DNA of 63,989 nucleotides, filler included, from Archaeoglobus sp. JdFR-37 (GCA_002010215.1; 5 parts of 4 records of this genome joined end to end with filler, not necessarily neighbours in it), one strand, 5' to 3'. Positions 10,566 to 21,813 are shown, numbered from the whole stretch's first letter. The notes: generated by a model not told the origin, from the letters alone. Numbers and translations: made by a program.

Positions 10566-11120
10566 TTATTTTCTGCAGATCTCCACAAAATTTCTGTAAA
10601 GCTCGTTTCCATACTGGCTGTGATACACTTCTGGATGCCACTGGACGCCGTAGATGGGCATATTTTTATGTTTCATGGCCTCAACCTGGCATATGTCTGA
10701 TTCTGCCAACCTGACAAACCCCTCGGGTAGCATTTTAACCTCATCCATGTGGCTGGCCCAAACCTTTATTTCCTCTGGAAAGCCATCAAACAGGGGATCA
10801 TCCTGAATAATCCTGACTGCAACCTCTGCATAGCCACCTATCTGACCTTTCCCCACTTTACCACCAAAAACATCTGCTATGAGCTGGTGACCAAGACAAA
10901 TTCCCAGAATAGGGACATTGAGTTCCCTCACGTACTCCCTGCAATTTCCCACTCTTTCTAGGCTGGGACCGCCACCTATAACCAGTCCATCCAGCTCTTT
11001 AAGCTCATCTACAGGCGTGGTGTTCTGGATGAGCTTTGTCTCAACCTCCATGTCTCTGAGCATTCTGTGAATCAGATGATTGTACTGGCCGTAGTTGTAA
11101 ACAACGTAAATCCTGACCAT
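10566..11120 (-). CDS. guaAA: GMP synthase glutamine amidotransferase subunit A
   Basis: GQYNHLI, PILGICLGHQ, GVQWHPE. Confidence 0.92.
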   Translation of the reverse strand: MVRIYVVYNYGQYNHLIHRMLRDMEVETKLIQNTTPVDELKELDGLVIGGGPSLERVGNCREYVRELNVPILGICLGHQLIADVFGGKVGKGQIGGYAEVAVRIIQDDPLFDGFPEEIKVWASHMDEVKMLPEGFVRLAESDICQVEAMKHKNMPIYGVQWHPEVYHSQYGNELYRNFVEICRK

Positions 11121-11192
11121 ACGAGAAAAGGAGAAGAAAGGAGATTATATTAATTTTTTGAATCCCCTTTCACCATTGTACTTCCAAAGTAC

Positions 11193-12566
11193 TCACTTCT
11201 CCATCTGGGACACAGCAAAGAATACAGCGAAGACGATTATGAATGTCCATATGGAAGCGGGTATGCCTGCCGGAGACAGCTTGAAAGCAGATAGCGTTAC
11301 TGACGTTGTGAAGCCAGCAATCAGCGTTGCAATCCCTGTAAACTTTCCACCTTTCCAATGGAAAATTCCCAGAATCAGGGGGAGCTGACTCAGCAATATG
11401 GTGGATGAGAGTACAGAGAGCTCCACAATGTATCCTGGCTTTGACATGGCAAAGAGAGCCACCAGGATTGTGAGAACAACAACGGCCATCTGGCCAGCCC
11501 TCAAGCCACCCTCTCTCACGACATCTCTGGAGATCATGGAGGAGAGGCTGAGAATTATTGAATTTGCGGTTGTTATTGCTGCCGCTATGATGCTGAAGGC
11601 CACCAGCAGTGAAAGCCAGGAGGGCATGAGAGTGAGCAGAGTTGGCGTAACATCGTCTCTGTAAGAAATGGCTGGGAATCTGTCAAGGGCGGTAAGCACC
11701 CTGAGTTCCAAGCCAAGGAAAGTGACAAGGATTGTGTAAATCAACCCGAAGGTGCCGAAGAGAATAACCATTCTCCTTAAAGCTCTGGGATCCTTTGGTA
11801 TGAAGAGCCTCTGTAAAACCTGTGGGTTCGTAAGGGCGAAGAAGAACCATGGGACGCTGAGGGCTGCGAACTTCATGGGTGTCCAGATCTTGTTGGGAAC
11901 ATAAAGGAGCTCTCCGAGCCTGCTGACTTGGGACGTAAATTCTGACTCAACACCAAAACCCCAGAAATAAACCCAGATAACGGTAATTACGGCTGCAGAC
12001 AGCATGATTATCCCCTGAAGGGCATCGGTCCATGCAACCCCCCTTAAGCCTCCTATCAATGCCCAGAATGCAATCAGTATTGCGGTCACAGCAATGGCAA
12101 CCTCATACTGCAAAGCCCCGCTTTTTTCCAGAAGAAGTGAAACCCCAATCACCTGACTGGAGGTATAGGGAATAAGGGCGATGAGGGAGATGATAGATGC
12201 AAGCACTGCGACCTCCTTTCCGTATTTCACAGAAAGCAGCTCAGCGGGAGATACCACGTTATGCTCCTTTGACAGCCTCCAGATTTTCGGGGAGTAGTAA
12301 GAGAGGAGGAAAAGCGTTCCGACTAGGTAGAGCAGCTCAAATCCTACTGCTCCAACACCACTGGCGTATGCCAGACCAACAAGCCCCACCATCATGAAGG
12401 CCGAATAGGTTGTTGCGGCGTAGGTTAAAGCTGAAATCACACCTCCGACATTTCTGCCAGCTATGAAATAATCAACATGTTCTGAAACTCCGTATTTCCT
12501 GGCATAGAATGCGATGGCACTTCCGGCGATGGCATAGAAGAGGAGCAGAATCAGGAACTCACTCAT
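11193..12566 (-). CDS. Sodium:solute symporter family protein
   Basis: DYFIAGR, ATTYSAF, GGLRGVAWTDALQG; many TM helices. Confidence 0.9.
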   Translation of the reverse strand: MSEFLILLLFYAIAGSAIAFYARKYGVSEHVDYFIAGRNVGGVISALTYAATTYSAFMMVGLVGLAYASGVGAVGFELLYLVGTLFLLSYYSPKIWRLSKEHNVVSPAELLSVKYGKEVAVLASIISLIALIPYTSSQVIGVSLLLEKSGALQYEVAIAVTAILIAFWALIGGLRGVAWTDALQGIIMLSAAVITVIWVYFWGFGVESEFTSQVSRLGELLYVPNKIWTPMKFAALSVPWFFFALTNPQVLQRLFIPKDPRALRRMVILFGTFGLIYTILVTFLGLELRVLTALDRFPAISYRDDVTPTLLTLMPSWLSLLVAFSIIAAAITTANSIILSLSSMISRDVVREGGLRAGQMAVVVLTILVALFAMSKPGYIVELSVLSSTILLSQLPLILGIFHWKGGKFTGIATLIAGFTTSVTLSAFKLSPAGIPASIWTFIIVFAVFFAVSQMEK

Positions 12567-12717
12567 TCACCCACCTCCCTGAGGTCAGAGCTACGTAGAT
12601 TAGATAAAGAGCAGTCGCGGCTACCCAGTAAATGTATGTGGTCAGGTCAGCAGTTTTAAAGGCCACAAAAGGCAGGAGCATTGCCAGAACAACCACAACA
12701 CCTTCCAGCACCCTCAT
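12559..12717 (-). CDS. Small 2-TM membrane protein (52 aa), likely symporter accessory subunit
   Basis: Hand translation MRVLEGVVVVLAMLLPFVAFKTADLTTYIYWVAATALYLIYVALTSGRWVNE; overlaps the symporter start; not in the ORF track. Confidence 0.7.
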   Translation of the reverse strand: MRVLEGVVVVLAMLLPFVAFKTADLTTYIYWVAATALYLIYVALTSGRWVNE

Positions 12718-13071
12718 CGAACACATGTTCGATATATTGCATAAAAGGTTTTTGATGCCTTGGATGCAATTCCTGAAGTAACTTAGCTGGGCAACTCTCT
12801 ATTTTTATAACCCTGATATAGTTTATTAACCTGCCCCCGTCCCTAACCCTCATATGTATAATATTCTCCGAAATGTAACAGACTTTAAATCAACCTGAGA
12901 TGAAATTCAGGGAAGGGGGAGGGGGTGGGTGGGCTTAAATTATTTGGTTAATTAATTATTATAGGTAAGAATAAAATGTCTGTTAGAATTTGGACGGTAA
13001 CTGAAACTAATTCAGAACACCTCTCAGGAAAGCTGAAAAGTTTAAATACATCGCAGCAGAGGCAGAGCATC

Positions 13072-14301
13072 ATGGCGAAAGAAGAAATCCCTCTTCCTGA
13101 GGTTAACATAGGAATGGTTGGTCACGTTGATCATGGTAAAACGACCCTTGTTGCTGCTTTAAGCGGGGTATGGACAGACAGGCACAGTGAAGAGCTAAAG
13201 AGGGGCATATCCATTAAACTCGGATATGCGGATGCAACCTTCAGAAAATGCCCCAAGTGTGAGCCACCTCAGGCTTTTACTACTGAAAAAAAGTGCAAAA
13301 TTCACAAGGTTAAAACAGAGATTTTGAGAACTGTGAGCTTTGTTGACAGCCCCGGCCACGAAACGTTGATGGCCACAATGCTGAGTGGTGCGGCCATCAT
13401 GGATGGTGCAGTTCTGGTTATAGCTGCCAATGAGAAATGCCCCCGCCCCCAGACAAAGGAGCATTTAATGGCTCTGGAAATCATCGGGGTGGACAAGATA
13501 GTTATTGTTCAGAATAAAATTGATACCGTAACCCATGAGAGGGTTCTGGAGAACTACAAGGAGATTAAGGAATTCATACAGGGCACAATTGCCGAAAACG
13601 CCCCCATCATACCCGTTTCTGCCCAGCAGAGGGTGAATATAGATGCTTTAATTGAGGCAGTTGAGGAAACCATACCAACTCCTGAAAGAGATTTGGACTC
13701 TCCGCCCCTCATGCATATAGCCAGGAGCTTTGATGTCAACAAGCCCGGTACAAAGCCAGAAGGGCTGATTGGAGGTGTCGTTGGAGGTAGCTTGGCAAGA
13801 GGAAGGCTTAGAGTAGGGGATGAGATAGAAATAAGGCCAGGCATCAAGGATGAAAGGGGCGTTTACAACCCTCTTCATAGCGAAGTGGTTGGGATAATGG
13901 CCTCTGGCAGGAATGTGGAAGAAGCGACGCCTGGCGGGCTTATTGGAGTTGCCACAAAACTGGATCCCTACCTAACGAAGAGTGACAGCCTTGTGGGAAA
14001 CGTCGTTGGCCATCCGGACAAGCTTCCTGAAACCCTCAATGACTTCTCCATGGACGTTCAGCTCCTTGAGAGAGTAGTAGGGACTGAAGAGGAGCTTAGA
14101 GTTGAGAAGATAAAGATGAACGAGCCTTTAATGCTCAGCATAGGCACCTCCACAACCCTTGGCATCGTCACATCAGCAAGGGATGATGTGGTGGAGGTAA
14201 AACTGAAGAGGCCAGTATGTGCCGAGAAAGGGTGGAGGGTGGCAATAAGCAGAAGAGTTGGCTCGAGATGGAGACTCATAGGAGCGGGGACAATAAAGTA
14301 A
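13072..14301 (+). CDS. eif2g: Translation initiation factor aIF2 subunit gamma
   Basis: [32 protein letters not shown]. Confidence 0.97.
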   Translation: MAKEEIPLPEVNIGMVGHVDHGKTTLVAALSGVWTDRHSEELKRGISIKLGYADATFRKCPKCEPPQAFTTEKKCKIHKVKTEILRTVSFVDSPGHETLMATMLSGAAIMDGAVLVIAANEKCPRPQTKEHLMALEIIGVDKIVIVQNKIDTVTHERVLENYKEIKEFIQGTIAENAPIIPVSAQQRVNIDALIEAVEETIPTPERDLDSPPLMHIARSFDVNKPGTKPEGLIGGVVGGSLARGRLRVGDEIEIRPGIKDERGVYNPLHSEVVGIMASGRNVEEATPGGLIGVATKLDPYLTKSDSLVGNVVGHPDKLPETLNDFSMDVQLLERVVGTEEELRVEKIKMNEPLMLSIGTSTTLGIVTSARDDVVEVKLKRPVCAEKGWRVAISRRVGSRWRLIGAGTIK

Positions 14302-14723
14302 GTGGTAGAACAGCCAAGAAGGAAAGAAGCACACTATGTACCCCATGTGCCACCATCGACACCAATGTCCTCATGTACATTTTTCTGAAAAAGGTGGATG
14401 TGTTTTCGCAGCTTAAGGAGATGGGCTTCAGAGCCTTTGTCATCCCAAGGCAGGTTGTTGAAGAGCTTGAAAGACTCACCACAGCACTTGCAGGAAAGGA
14501 GAGAAAAGCCGCAATCTTTGCATTGAACATCATAAAGAGTATGGATAACTGTCAGGTTGTGGAGGTTGAGGCAGAGGGAACGGATCCAGCCCTTCTTAAA
14601 GTGGCTGAGGAATATGGCTGTACCCTAATAACTAACGATAAGGGGCTGAAGAAGAGGGCTAAGGGGAAGGTAGCTGTTGGGTTTTTGAGGGAGCTAAACA
14701 GAATTGAGGTAGAGGAGGTTTAA
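14268..14723 (+). CDS. PIN-domain protein (Fcf1/Utp24-like) cotranscribed with aIF2-gamma
   Basis: IDTNVL, V.EEL, TD, LITND..L motifs; start uncertain. Confidence 0.85.
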   Translation: METHRSGDNKVSGRTAKKERSTLCTPCATIDTNVLMYIFLKKVDVFSQLKEMGFRAFVIPRQVVEELERLTTALAGKERKAAIFALNIIKSMDNCQVVEVEAEGTDPALLKVAEEYGCTLITNDKGLKKRAKGKVAVGFLRELNRIEVEEV

Positions 14724-14923
14724 GTTATATCTCAGCTCCTGCTAGCTTTAATCCCCGCAAGTTCTTAATAAGTCGAGCATCTTGCCCTGTTATCGGCCAG
14801 CCATATATCCAAAAGCTTCAGGTTTTAAATAGCCGTTGTGTAGGTAAATGTTCTAGCGACCACATTCCCAGATACCACAAACTTCATAAACCCTTTTGGT
14901 CTGAGAGGTAACGATTTCTTTAA

Positions 14924-14998
14924 GGGCCCGTGGCTCAGCCTGGTTAGAGCGCTCGCCTGATAAGCGAGAGGTCCGGGGTTCAAACCCCCGCGGGCCCA
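14924..14998 (+). tRNA. tRNA-Ile (GAT)
   Basis: Cloverleaf GGGCCCG...CGGGCCC-A; anticodon arm CTCGC-CTGATAA-GCGAG; T-loop TTCAAAC; CCA not encoded. Confidence 0.97.
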
Positions 14999-15095
14999 TA
15001 CCAATTTTGGTTCATGTTCAGAGTTCTGAGAGTTCTTCTTCCTCTTTATGCAACTCTTTTAGCTCCTTTAGCTCTTCCAGATCCATGTCCCTGAG
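14999..15095 (-). mobile_element. End of a multicopy element abutting the tRNA-Ile 3' end (copy 1)
   Basis: 97 bp identical to 44559-44655; minus strand reads LRDMDLEELKELKELHKEEEELSEL* (stop 15018-15020); contig ends inside it. Confidence 0.7.
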
Positions 15096-15195
15096 NNNNN
15101 NNNNNNNNNNNNNNNNNNNNNNNNNNNNNNNNNNNNNNNTTAATTAATTAANNNNNNNNNNNNNNNNNNNNNNNNNNNNNNNNNNNNNNNNNNNN
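15096..15195. other. Artificial contig spacer
   Basis: N run with TTAATTAATTAA. Confidence 0.98.
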
Positions 15196-15308
15196 ACGAT
15201 GTGGAGAGGTATTACAGAGATGCGAGGGTTGGGACGATATATGAGGGGACGAGTGAGGTGCAGAGGATGATTATTGCCAGGAGGATAATTGGGAAGATGC
15301 GGGTCTGA
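15196..15308 (+). CDS. Acyl-CoA dehydrogenase C-terminus (partial)
   Basis: Hand translation [36 protein letters not shown]. Confidence 0.9.
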
Positions 15309-15359
15309 AGGACCTGATAGATTTGATAGATTTGAATGATGAATCGAAGAGGTGATTGA

Positions 15360-16223
15360 ATGAAGGTTGATGATGTCAAGGTTGTAGGAGTTCTTGGAGC
15401 CGGAACCATGGGCAGCGGCATCGCTCAGGTTTGTGCGGTTGCTGGCTATGAAGTTGTTCTTAGAGATATTGAGGAGAGGTTCCTTGAGAGGGGGCTGAAT
15501 ACCATTAAAAAGAGCCTTTCCAAATTCGTTGAGAAAGGGAAGATTTCACAGGATGAGATGGACTCAATACTCTCCAGAATAAAGCCCACCACCTCTCTTG
15601 ATGATTTGGAGAACGTAGATGTTGTAATTGAGGCTATAATCGAGGACATGGATGCAAAGAAAGCCATCTTCAAAGAACTCAATGATATTGTGAAGAGAGA
15701 GGATGCCATCTTCGCATCAAATACGTCAACGCTCAGCATCACGGAAATGGCCTCTGTGACGAGAAAGCCCGAAAACTTCGTAGGTATACACTTCATGAAC
15801 CCTGTTCCGCTGATGAAGGGTGTTGAGATAGTCAGAGGGCTTCTCACAAGCGATGAAACCCTGAACTTCGCCATAGAATTCGTTAAAAGCCTCGGAAAAG
15901 AGGCTGTTGTTTGCAAGGATTCAGCAGGTTTCATAAGCAACCGCATCTTGATGCCATGGGTTAATGAAGGAATCTGGGTGCTCTACGAGGGCATAGCAAC
16001 AAAGGAGGAAATTGACAGAGGCATGAAGCTTTTCACCAACGTCCCCATGGGTCCTCTGGAACTTGCAGACCTTATAGGTCTCGATATATGCCTTGCAGCC
16101 ATAGAAACTCTCCACAAAGAGCTTGGAGACAAATATAAGCCTTGTCCGCTTCTCAAGCAGATGGTAAGAGCTGGACTCCTTGGCAGGAAGACTGGAAGAG
16201 GTTTTTACGACTATACAAAGTAG
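15360..16223 (+). CDS. hbd: 3-hydroxyacyl-CoA (3-hydroxybutyryl-CoA) dehydrogenase
   Basis: GAGTMGSGIA, EAIIE, ASNTS, HFMNP, GFISNR, PMGPLELAD, GRKTGRGFY. Confidence 0.92.
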   Translation: MKVDDVKVVGVLGAGTMGSGIAQVCAVAGYEVVLRDIEERFLERGLNTIKKSLSKFVEKGKISQDEMDSILSRIKPTTSLDDLENVDVVIEAIIEDMDAKKAIFKELNDIVKREDAIFASNTSTLSITEMASVTRKPENFVGIHFMNPVPLMKGVEIVRGLLTSDETLNFAIEFVKSLGKEAVVCKDSAGFISNRILMPWVNEGIWVLYEGIATKEEIDRGMKLFTNVPMGPLELADLIGLDICLAAIETLHKELGDKYKPCPLLKQMVRAGLLGRKTGRGFYDYTK

Positions 16224-16338
16224 GGAAAAAATCATATATTCTTTATAATTTTTTACTTCTGGAGGTTAATAGGAAGTTAATGGAACTGGTCTAGTGGAAC
16301 ATTAAATCCGGAGGTTAGCCAGATGGGGTGATTGATTA

Positions 16339-17526
16339 TTGATTACTGTATCCCCTGAAAGGGCCATCAGCATCCGTGTCGTTTTCAGGATAATTATGCC
16401 TCTGTTTCTCCTGACACTCCTCTTCGACTTCGTCGGCGGGGCATTTCTCGGAGCATATTTTGAGAAACTGATGATCCACTACCCCGCAATCCTGATAATT
16501 CTTCCTGGGCTTATGGGGTTAAGGGGAAACGTATTTGGTTCACTGGGTTCGAGAATTTCCACAAGGCTATACATAGGTGATCTCGAACCATCCATAAAGG
16601 AGAGGCACATTTCCAACAACATACTTTTGAGCATCGTTGCATCCTCTCTTCCAGCTTTCATCCTCTGGCTCATATCCGTCATTAAATTGCAAAACCCTGC
16701 ACTGGATGCTCTAGAGATAGTAATCTCATCTAGTGTCTTTATCGGTTTAATTCTTGGAATTGCCACTGCCTGGGTCGTAATTCTTGCTTTCAGGAAGAGG
16801 GTTGATCCAGACAACGTAGCAGGCCCTGCCATAACTACCATTGCGGACATGATATCCATTCCAGGCCTGATAGTGTTCATTATTCTTTTCGAAAAATTCA
16901 GCAGCCTCGTGCATGCCCTATTCATCCTCATCCTGATTTTCCTGATTGCATCAACTCTCAATATATGGAAATTTGAAGAGAGAAGCATTGCTAAAGAGGT
17001 ATTCACCATCGTAACAATTCTGGCAGTATTTCAGAGCTTTACTGGAGCAACCCTCCAAACTTTCAGCCAGATCATTTACAGCTCCATACTTCTTAGTTTC
17101 GCTTACCCAGCAATCATAGGCAGCCTTGGAAACTATGGGAGCATAGTTGCTGCCAGAACATCCACAAAACTCCATCTCGGTGAAGTAACAGGCAGAATAA
17201 CAGGAAGTGATTTGAGAGAGATTCTATCCTTTGCATCCATCTCTCCAATACTTTCTGTCTTGATTATAACTCTCTCCTGGCTCTTGGCATTTCTGAGCGG
17301 TTTGCCTGTTGAATCTCTCATTTACTGGAAGATTATTCTTATATTTGCATCGGTTTATGTTCCACTCAGTATCGCCATAATGCTCCTTTCCTACCACGTA
17401 TCGGTTCTTCTTTACAAAAGGAGAATCGATCCAGATAACGGTGGAATTCCAGCAATAACCACCATTGCAGACTTAGCAGGCACATTTGCTATAATCCTTA
17501 TAGCATACCTGATAATAAAAATATAA
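16339..17526 (+). CDS. MgtE-family divalent cation transporter (duplicated membrane domain)
   Basis: Two repeats of G..GN..S and DPDN...P.ITTIAD. Confidence 0.88.
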   Translation: MITVSPERAISIRVVFRIIMPLFLLTLLFDFVGGAFLGAYFEKLMIHYPAILIILPGLMGLRGNVFGSLGSRISTRLYIGDLEPSIKERHISNNILLSIVASSLPAFILWLISVIKLQNPALDALEIVISSSVFIGLILGIATAWVVILAFRKRVDPDNVAGPAITTIADMISIPGLIVFIILFEKFSSLVHALFILILIFLIASTLNIWKFEERSIAKEVFTIVTILAVFQSFTGATLQTFSQIIYSSILLSFAYPAIIGSLGNYGSIVAARTSTKLHLGEVTGRITGSDLREILSFASISPILSVLIITLSWLLAFLSGLPVESLIYWKIILIFASVYVPLSIAIMLLSYHVSVLLYKRRIDPDNGGIPAITTIADLAGTFAIILIAYLIIKI

Positions 17527-17545
17527 ATAATAAAAAATTTTGAAA

Positions 17546-17749
17546 TTACATCTTTGCTGCAAGTCTGATATCCTCTTCTGTAACAGTCTTTCTTCCAGCG
17601 TGCTTGGCAATCTGGACTGCCTTTCTGGCAATCTCCAGAGCCTTCTCCTCCATCAGATCTCTCATAACTTCTACTGCATCCTCACTAACTCTCTCGGCAC
17701 CAGCCTTCCTTATCAACCTGTCTACTGGTGCAGCAGGCAACTCAGCCAT
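17546..17749 (-). CDS. Archaeal histone (HMf family)
   Basis: [22 protein letters not shown]...[12 protein letters not shown]. Confidence 0.96.
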   Translation of the reverse strand: MAELPAAPVDRLIRKAGAERVSEDAVEVMRDLMEEKALEIARKAVQIAKHAGRKTVTEEDIRLAAKM

Positions 17750-18274
17750 AGTATCACCTCAAGTCAAATTATCACCTTCAAATATATAACATTTTCGCAA
17801 AATCAGAGCTGGAAGCCATATCGAGATTTGGAAAATGTTCATGCCCCGATCTCAAGACCACCCAACTTGATTACCCAACATTGTGATCTGAACATATGTT
17901 GAAGTAGGATTGACACTTAGAAGTCATGACATAACCAAGTGAGTTTTCTGAGGTTATTCGTTGAATCTTCTTTCTTGGTCAACTTGCTGAGTGTTTTACT
18001 GGGGAATGGCAATGTTTTACACAACAAATCTCCCGAATGTAGAGTTGAATGGAGATTTTAGTCTGATTAGGTAGAAACATGGTCTTTATTTATGTGTTTT
18101 TGGATGTTCCACCGAATATTCTGATTCATTAACCAATAGAATGGCGCCACAACACATTGCTTGGAATGGAAAGACGATACACAAGACAAAATATACAAAG
18201 ACAAGTACATAAAAGATGAAAACGTGCTCAAGTCCCCGTTAATTTTATTAGCTATTTTTGTTATAATTTCGATA

Positions 18275-18961
18275 ATGTCTCAAGAATTTGACCTTGAATT
18301 CGAACTTGAAAGTGTAGTTCCTCGATTGGAAGGACTCAGGAGCCTCATAGTATATGATTCCCAGTATGTAGTGAGAAGTCTAATTTTCTACCATATTGTG
18401 CCTTACTTCTCCCTCAAGAAACTCTTCATAGCGGTCTATTCCGATACGATGATGAGAAGAATTCACAGAACTTACAAATCGATACCGGATGAAAATGTGG
18501 CTTCACTCCTCGATAATGCCAACATAATCAAGGTGGGAATGCACGAAAATACACCATTCGGAAATCTTTACATGTTCATTGATATTCGCTCCGACTGGTG
18601 GGATGAACTGGTTGAGGTTCTGGAGAAGTTCAATGAATCAAGCCTCCTCCTATTTCACGGCTTCTCACTTCTTCCGCTTGTGTACGGGGATGATGCATGG
18701 AGATACATGATGACAATCTTCGACGCCCTGCCTGACGAAATAACCTTCATTAACAAAGTGTCTTCGTCCCTATACAACGAGGAAATGAAACGTTTTATGG
18801 AACGTTTTAACGATGTTGTAATCAGAATAAGGAGGGAAGACGATTTTCTGAGCCTTGGTGGGGTTCACTGGATAGGTGTCGAGCAGAGCATAGCCTTTGA
18901 TGTCAGGCCAGGGTATGCCAGATATAAAATCGGTGAGGATGGTAGACTAGCCAGAATTTAA
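18275..18961 (+). CDS. Inactive KaiC/RecA-fold protein (DUF257-like)
   Basis: Overall pattern (LIVYDS, IIKVG, FNDVVIRI) with no Walker A; family by resemblance only. Confidence 0.5.
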   Translation: MSQEFDLEFELESVVPRLEGLRSLIVYDSQYVVRSLIFYHIVPYFSLKKLFIAVYSDTMMRRIHRTYKSIPDENVASLLDNANIIKVGMHENTPFGNLYMFIDIRSDWWDELVEVLEKFNESSLLLFHGFSLLPLVYGDDAWRYMMTIFDALPDEITFINKVSSSLYNEEMKRFMERFNDVVIRIRREDDFLSLGGVHWIGVEQSIAFDVRPGYARYKIGEDGRLARI

Positions 18962-18975
18962 GGCTTTAATTCCCA

Positions 18976-19482
18976 TCACTCAAGAAGGATTAACGATAGA
19001 GATGTTTGATCTCCAAGCTCAACACCTAGATCTGAAACTTTCAGACCCATAGATGAAAGAGATGGTCGCACTTCATGACTTTTCTGACAAGTTCCTTTCT
19101 TCTCATAGCTGCACTCGTCGCAGAGGTCGCATCCTCCCGGGAACAAAGCAAAAGCAAGCGGATAATCTGTCAGCACTGCTCTTTCAAAAGCAACAACAAC
19201 TTTTTGAGCCTTCTTTTTTGTTTCTATATATTCGAGATGCTCAAATCGATATCTGAAAAGTATTGCTCTGGAATAGCTCCTCAAAAAGTCCTCGTAGTCA
19301 TCCGGGACATTGGGGGGACATGAGTACCTCTTACCGTAGTAATTACATCCGAATCTGCACTTCCACCTGTTTCTCACATCGACTTCGAGGTTTTCCGTTT
19401 TTATCTCACGAATCTCCACAACTTCAAGCCCCATATTATCTGACAGCCTAATAAGGATGTTAGAGAGATTTTCGAAGTCCAT
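18976..19482 (-). CDS. DUF2284 metal-binding protein
   Basis: KCRFGC..YG..SCPP, GGCDLCDEC, RPSLS. Confidence 0.85.
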   Translation of the reverse strand: MDFENLSNILIRLSDNMGLEVVEIREIKTENLEVDVRNRWKCRFGCNYYGKRYSCPPNVPDDYEDFLRSYSRAILFRYRFEHLEYIETKKKAQKVVVAFERAVLTDYPLAFALFPGGCDLCDECSYEKKGTCQKSHEVRPSLSSMGLKVSDLGVELGDQTSLSLILLE

Positions 19483-19501
19483 GCCCTACCCATTACTACT
19501 C

Positions 19502-20065
19502 TTAAATAATACCTTCGAAACTGTAGGGGTTATAGGTCACAAACTTCAGGATGGCGATGAATACCGAGATTACCAGCACTGCTTGTTTCAGGCTGTTGTA
19601 GTCAACAACCATTATCTTTGAGATTAAATCACCATCTCTGTAAAGCCCTCCGTTCTGGATGGTTGCTAGCATCCACGCAATCCCTACAGCACTTGAAAGG
19701 ACTCCTATCAGCATCAGAATTTCTGTGTAGGCCGAGAGGGCAAAACTAAGTCCTGTTCCGAATATGGGCACAAAGTCAGTGATGTGATGAAGACAGCAAG
19801 CTACCATGCTTCCAGCCGATACTCCGCCAGTGGCCACACTCTTGCATGACTGATGAAAGGCTCTAATGTGGGTGTACAGAGCCATCTGAGTGCCAAATCC
19901 TATGTCTATTGCAGTAATGTAGTACCAGTAGTTCCGGAAGTTCCATATCGTACCCTCAATTCCTGAAGTTAGATAGTTAACAACCACGTAAAAAACAATC
20001 AGGGACAGAGAGGCGATAAGACCGTTTCTGATTCTCCTGTCCACCGAACCCGTCATACTTTCCAC
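19502..20065 (-). CDS. Membrane protein with ACCLHH metal-binding motif
   Basis: Several TM segments; SMVACCLHH. Confidence 0.7.
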   Translation of the reverse strand: MESMTGSVDRRIRNGLIASLSLIVFYVVVNYLTSGIEGTIWNFRNYWYYITAIDIGFGTQMALYTHIRAFHQSCKSVATGGVSAGSMVACCLHHITDFVPIFGTGLSFALSAYTEILMLIGVLSSAVGIAWMLATIQNGGLYRDGDLISKIMVVDYNSLKQAVLVISVFIAILKFVTYNPYSFEGII

Positions 20066-20493
20066 TCCAGAATTCTCGTCCCTTCTATCCCCGAAATCAC
20101 TAGCCTAAAGGTTCTCAAACGCTTGATATCTCTAATAGCCTCCTCTGGAAACTCCATGATTCCCATTCTGTGGTGACCCCAAGAGCCACCCTCTTCCTTC
20201 CATGCGAGGGGCGAATATCTCTTGCCTCCGACTTCCAGCACCGTCAGATTCATAAGGTCGTACTGATAGAGGTCTCCTGAGTGAGTATCCAAGCGGAGGT
20301 AGAAGGATGTTAATTTAAGCTCTGGATATTTGGGGTTCAGGAATACGGCAGTTATCTGTATGGATTCGCCATAACTCACCTTCACCAAGTCTTCATCACT
20401 GAGTTTGTCTTTCTTCGATACGTAACCATAGGCAACAGCAATTATCCCCAGCAATATAAGCAGGGCAGCCAGTTTTATCGATTTTCCATCCAT
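20053..20493 (-). CDS. Membrane-anchored exported protein with DTHS/GHHR His motifs
   Basis: N-terminal TM; LDTHSGDL and WGHHRMG. Confidence 0.7.
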   Translation of the reverse strand: MDGKSIKLAALLILLGIIAVAYGYVSKKDKLSDEDLVKVSYGESIQITAVFLNPKYPELKLTSFYLRLDTHSGDLYQYDLMNLTVLEVGGKRYSPLAWKEEGGSWGHHRMGIMEFPEEAIRDIKRLRTFRLVISGIEGTRILEWKV

Positions 20494-20582
20494 GTTTTAC
20501 ACTTGATGAAAAACAAGTATTTATCGCTTTTGCCACTCTTCAATTTTTCACACAATCGTCTATAGCGGAAAAGGATTAAATT

Positions 20583-21209
20583 ATGATTGACATATCTGAA
20601 TACATGCAAGATAACAGGATATTTACAGCTGCTGCAATTCTTCTTCTAGCAATCTGGGCTGGATACAACCTTTACATATCCTATACGTCGCCATCCTACT
20701 GTCCAATGGGAAATCACAGCATTTACAGCTACTCGAATCTTCTACCGATCCTTCTTATTGTGATTTTGGCATTCTCACTATTACCCAGATCGAAATCTTC
20801 TTCTAAATCCTCGTCCAGACACTCAGGACCCTCAGGACTGTCAAGACCACCCAGATCAACTAAGAACGTTAATTTTGATTTAGATGCCAAGTTGGATGCT
20901 ATTGGCATTGATAATAAGTCCGAAAATGGTGAAAGGATAGGTGAAGAAGAAGGAATTCAAGAAACTCAAGGAATCCCCAGAGAAGAAACTTTGGAAAATG
21001 GAGGCACTCATGGAAATATACTACCAAAAGACATGACAAAAGACATCCTGTCGATAATTAGAGAGAATCCAGGGATAACTCAGGAAGAGCTAAGAGAAAT
21101 AACCGGATACTCCGCATCGAAAGTTAGTGTTCAGGTCAAAGAACTCGAAGAAAAAGGTTTGATAAGGAGAGAGAAATATGGCAGAACGTACAGAATATAT
21201 CCTCAGTAA
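20583..21209 (+). CDS. Membrane-anchored winged-helix regulator
   Basis: Two TM segments, linker, C-terminal GITQEELREITGYSASKVS..LEEKGLI.REKYGRT. Confidence 0.75.
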   Translation: MIDISEYMQDNRIFTAAAILLLAIWAGYNLYISYTSPSYCPMGNHSIYSYSNLLPILLIVILAFSLLPRSKSSSKSSSRHSGPSGLSRPPRSTKNVNFDLDAKLDAIGIDNKSENGERIGEEEGIQETQGIPREETLENGGTHGNILPKDMTKDILSIIRENPGITQEELREITGYSASKVSVQVKELEEKGLIRREKYGRTYRIYPQ

Positions 21210-21813
21210 GAAAGGAGAAGATAAAAAGAAATATGATAAAGCAGCAGCACGATACGACTTCTTCGAATTTCCAATGGAAGTGTTAGCGTTCTCTAAATGG
21301 AGAAAACTCCTCTTTGGAAAAGTTGAAGGCGAACTAATTCTAGAAGTGGGAATAGGAACTGGAAAAAATATACCCTATTACAGTAATGGAGAATATATAG
21401 GGATTGACATAAGCCGAAAGATGCTGGAGAAAGCTAAAGACAGGGTAGAAAAATTGGGAAGAAAAATTGACCTCATTCAGTGCGATGCAGAACTGCTACC
21501 CTTCAGAGATGAGGTCTTTGACGCTATCGTTTCAACTTACGTATTCTGCTCCGTTGAAAACCCTGTGAGGGGGCTTAAGGAGCTATATAGAGTTCTGAAA
21601 CCTAATGGACGGGTTTACTTTCTGGAACACATGAGGTGCGAGAATGAAATAGGAGGTAAGGTTCTGGATGCACTAAACCCTATTGCAAGGTTATTTGGCC
21701 CTGAGATAAACCGAAGGACTGTTGAGAACATAAGAAAGGCTGGATTCAAAATAGCTGAGGAGAAATGGTTACTGACATCAGTTTTCAGATTTATTGTGGC
21801 TGAGAAGGGATAA
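21178..21813 (+). CDS. Class I SAM-dependent methyltransferase
   Basis: LEVGIGTG, GIDIS, FCSV, RVLKPNG. Confidence 0.9.
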   Translation: MAERTEYILSKKGEDKKKYDKAAARYDFFEFPMEVLAFSKWRKLLFGKVEGELILEVGIGTGKNIPYYSNGEYIGIDISRKMLEKAKDRVEKLGRKIDLIQCDAELLPFRDEVFDAIVSTYVFCSVENPVRGLKELYRVLKPNGRVYFLEHMRCENEIGGKVLDALNPIARLFGPEINRRTVENIRKAGFKIAEEKWLLTSVFRFIVAEKG

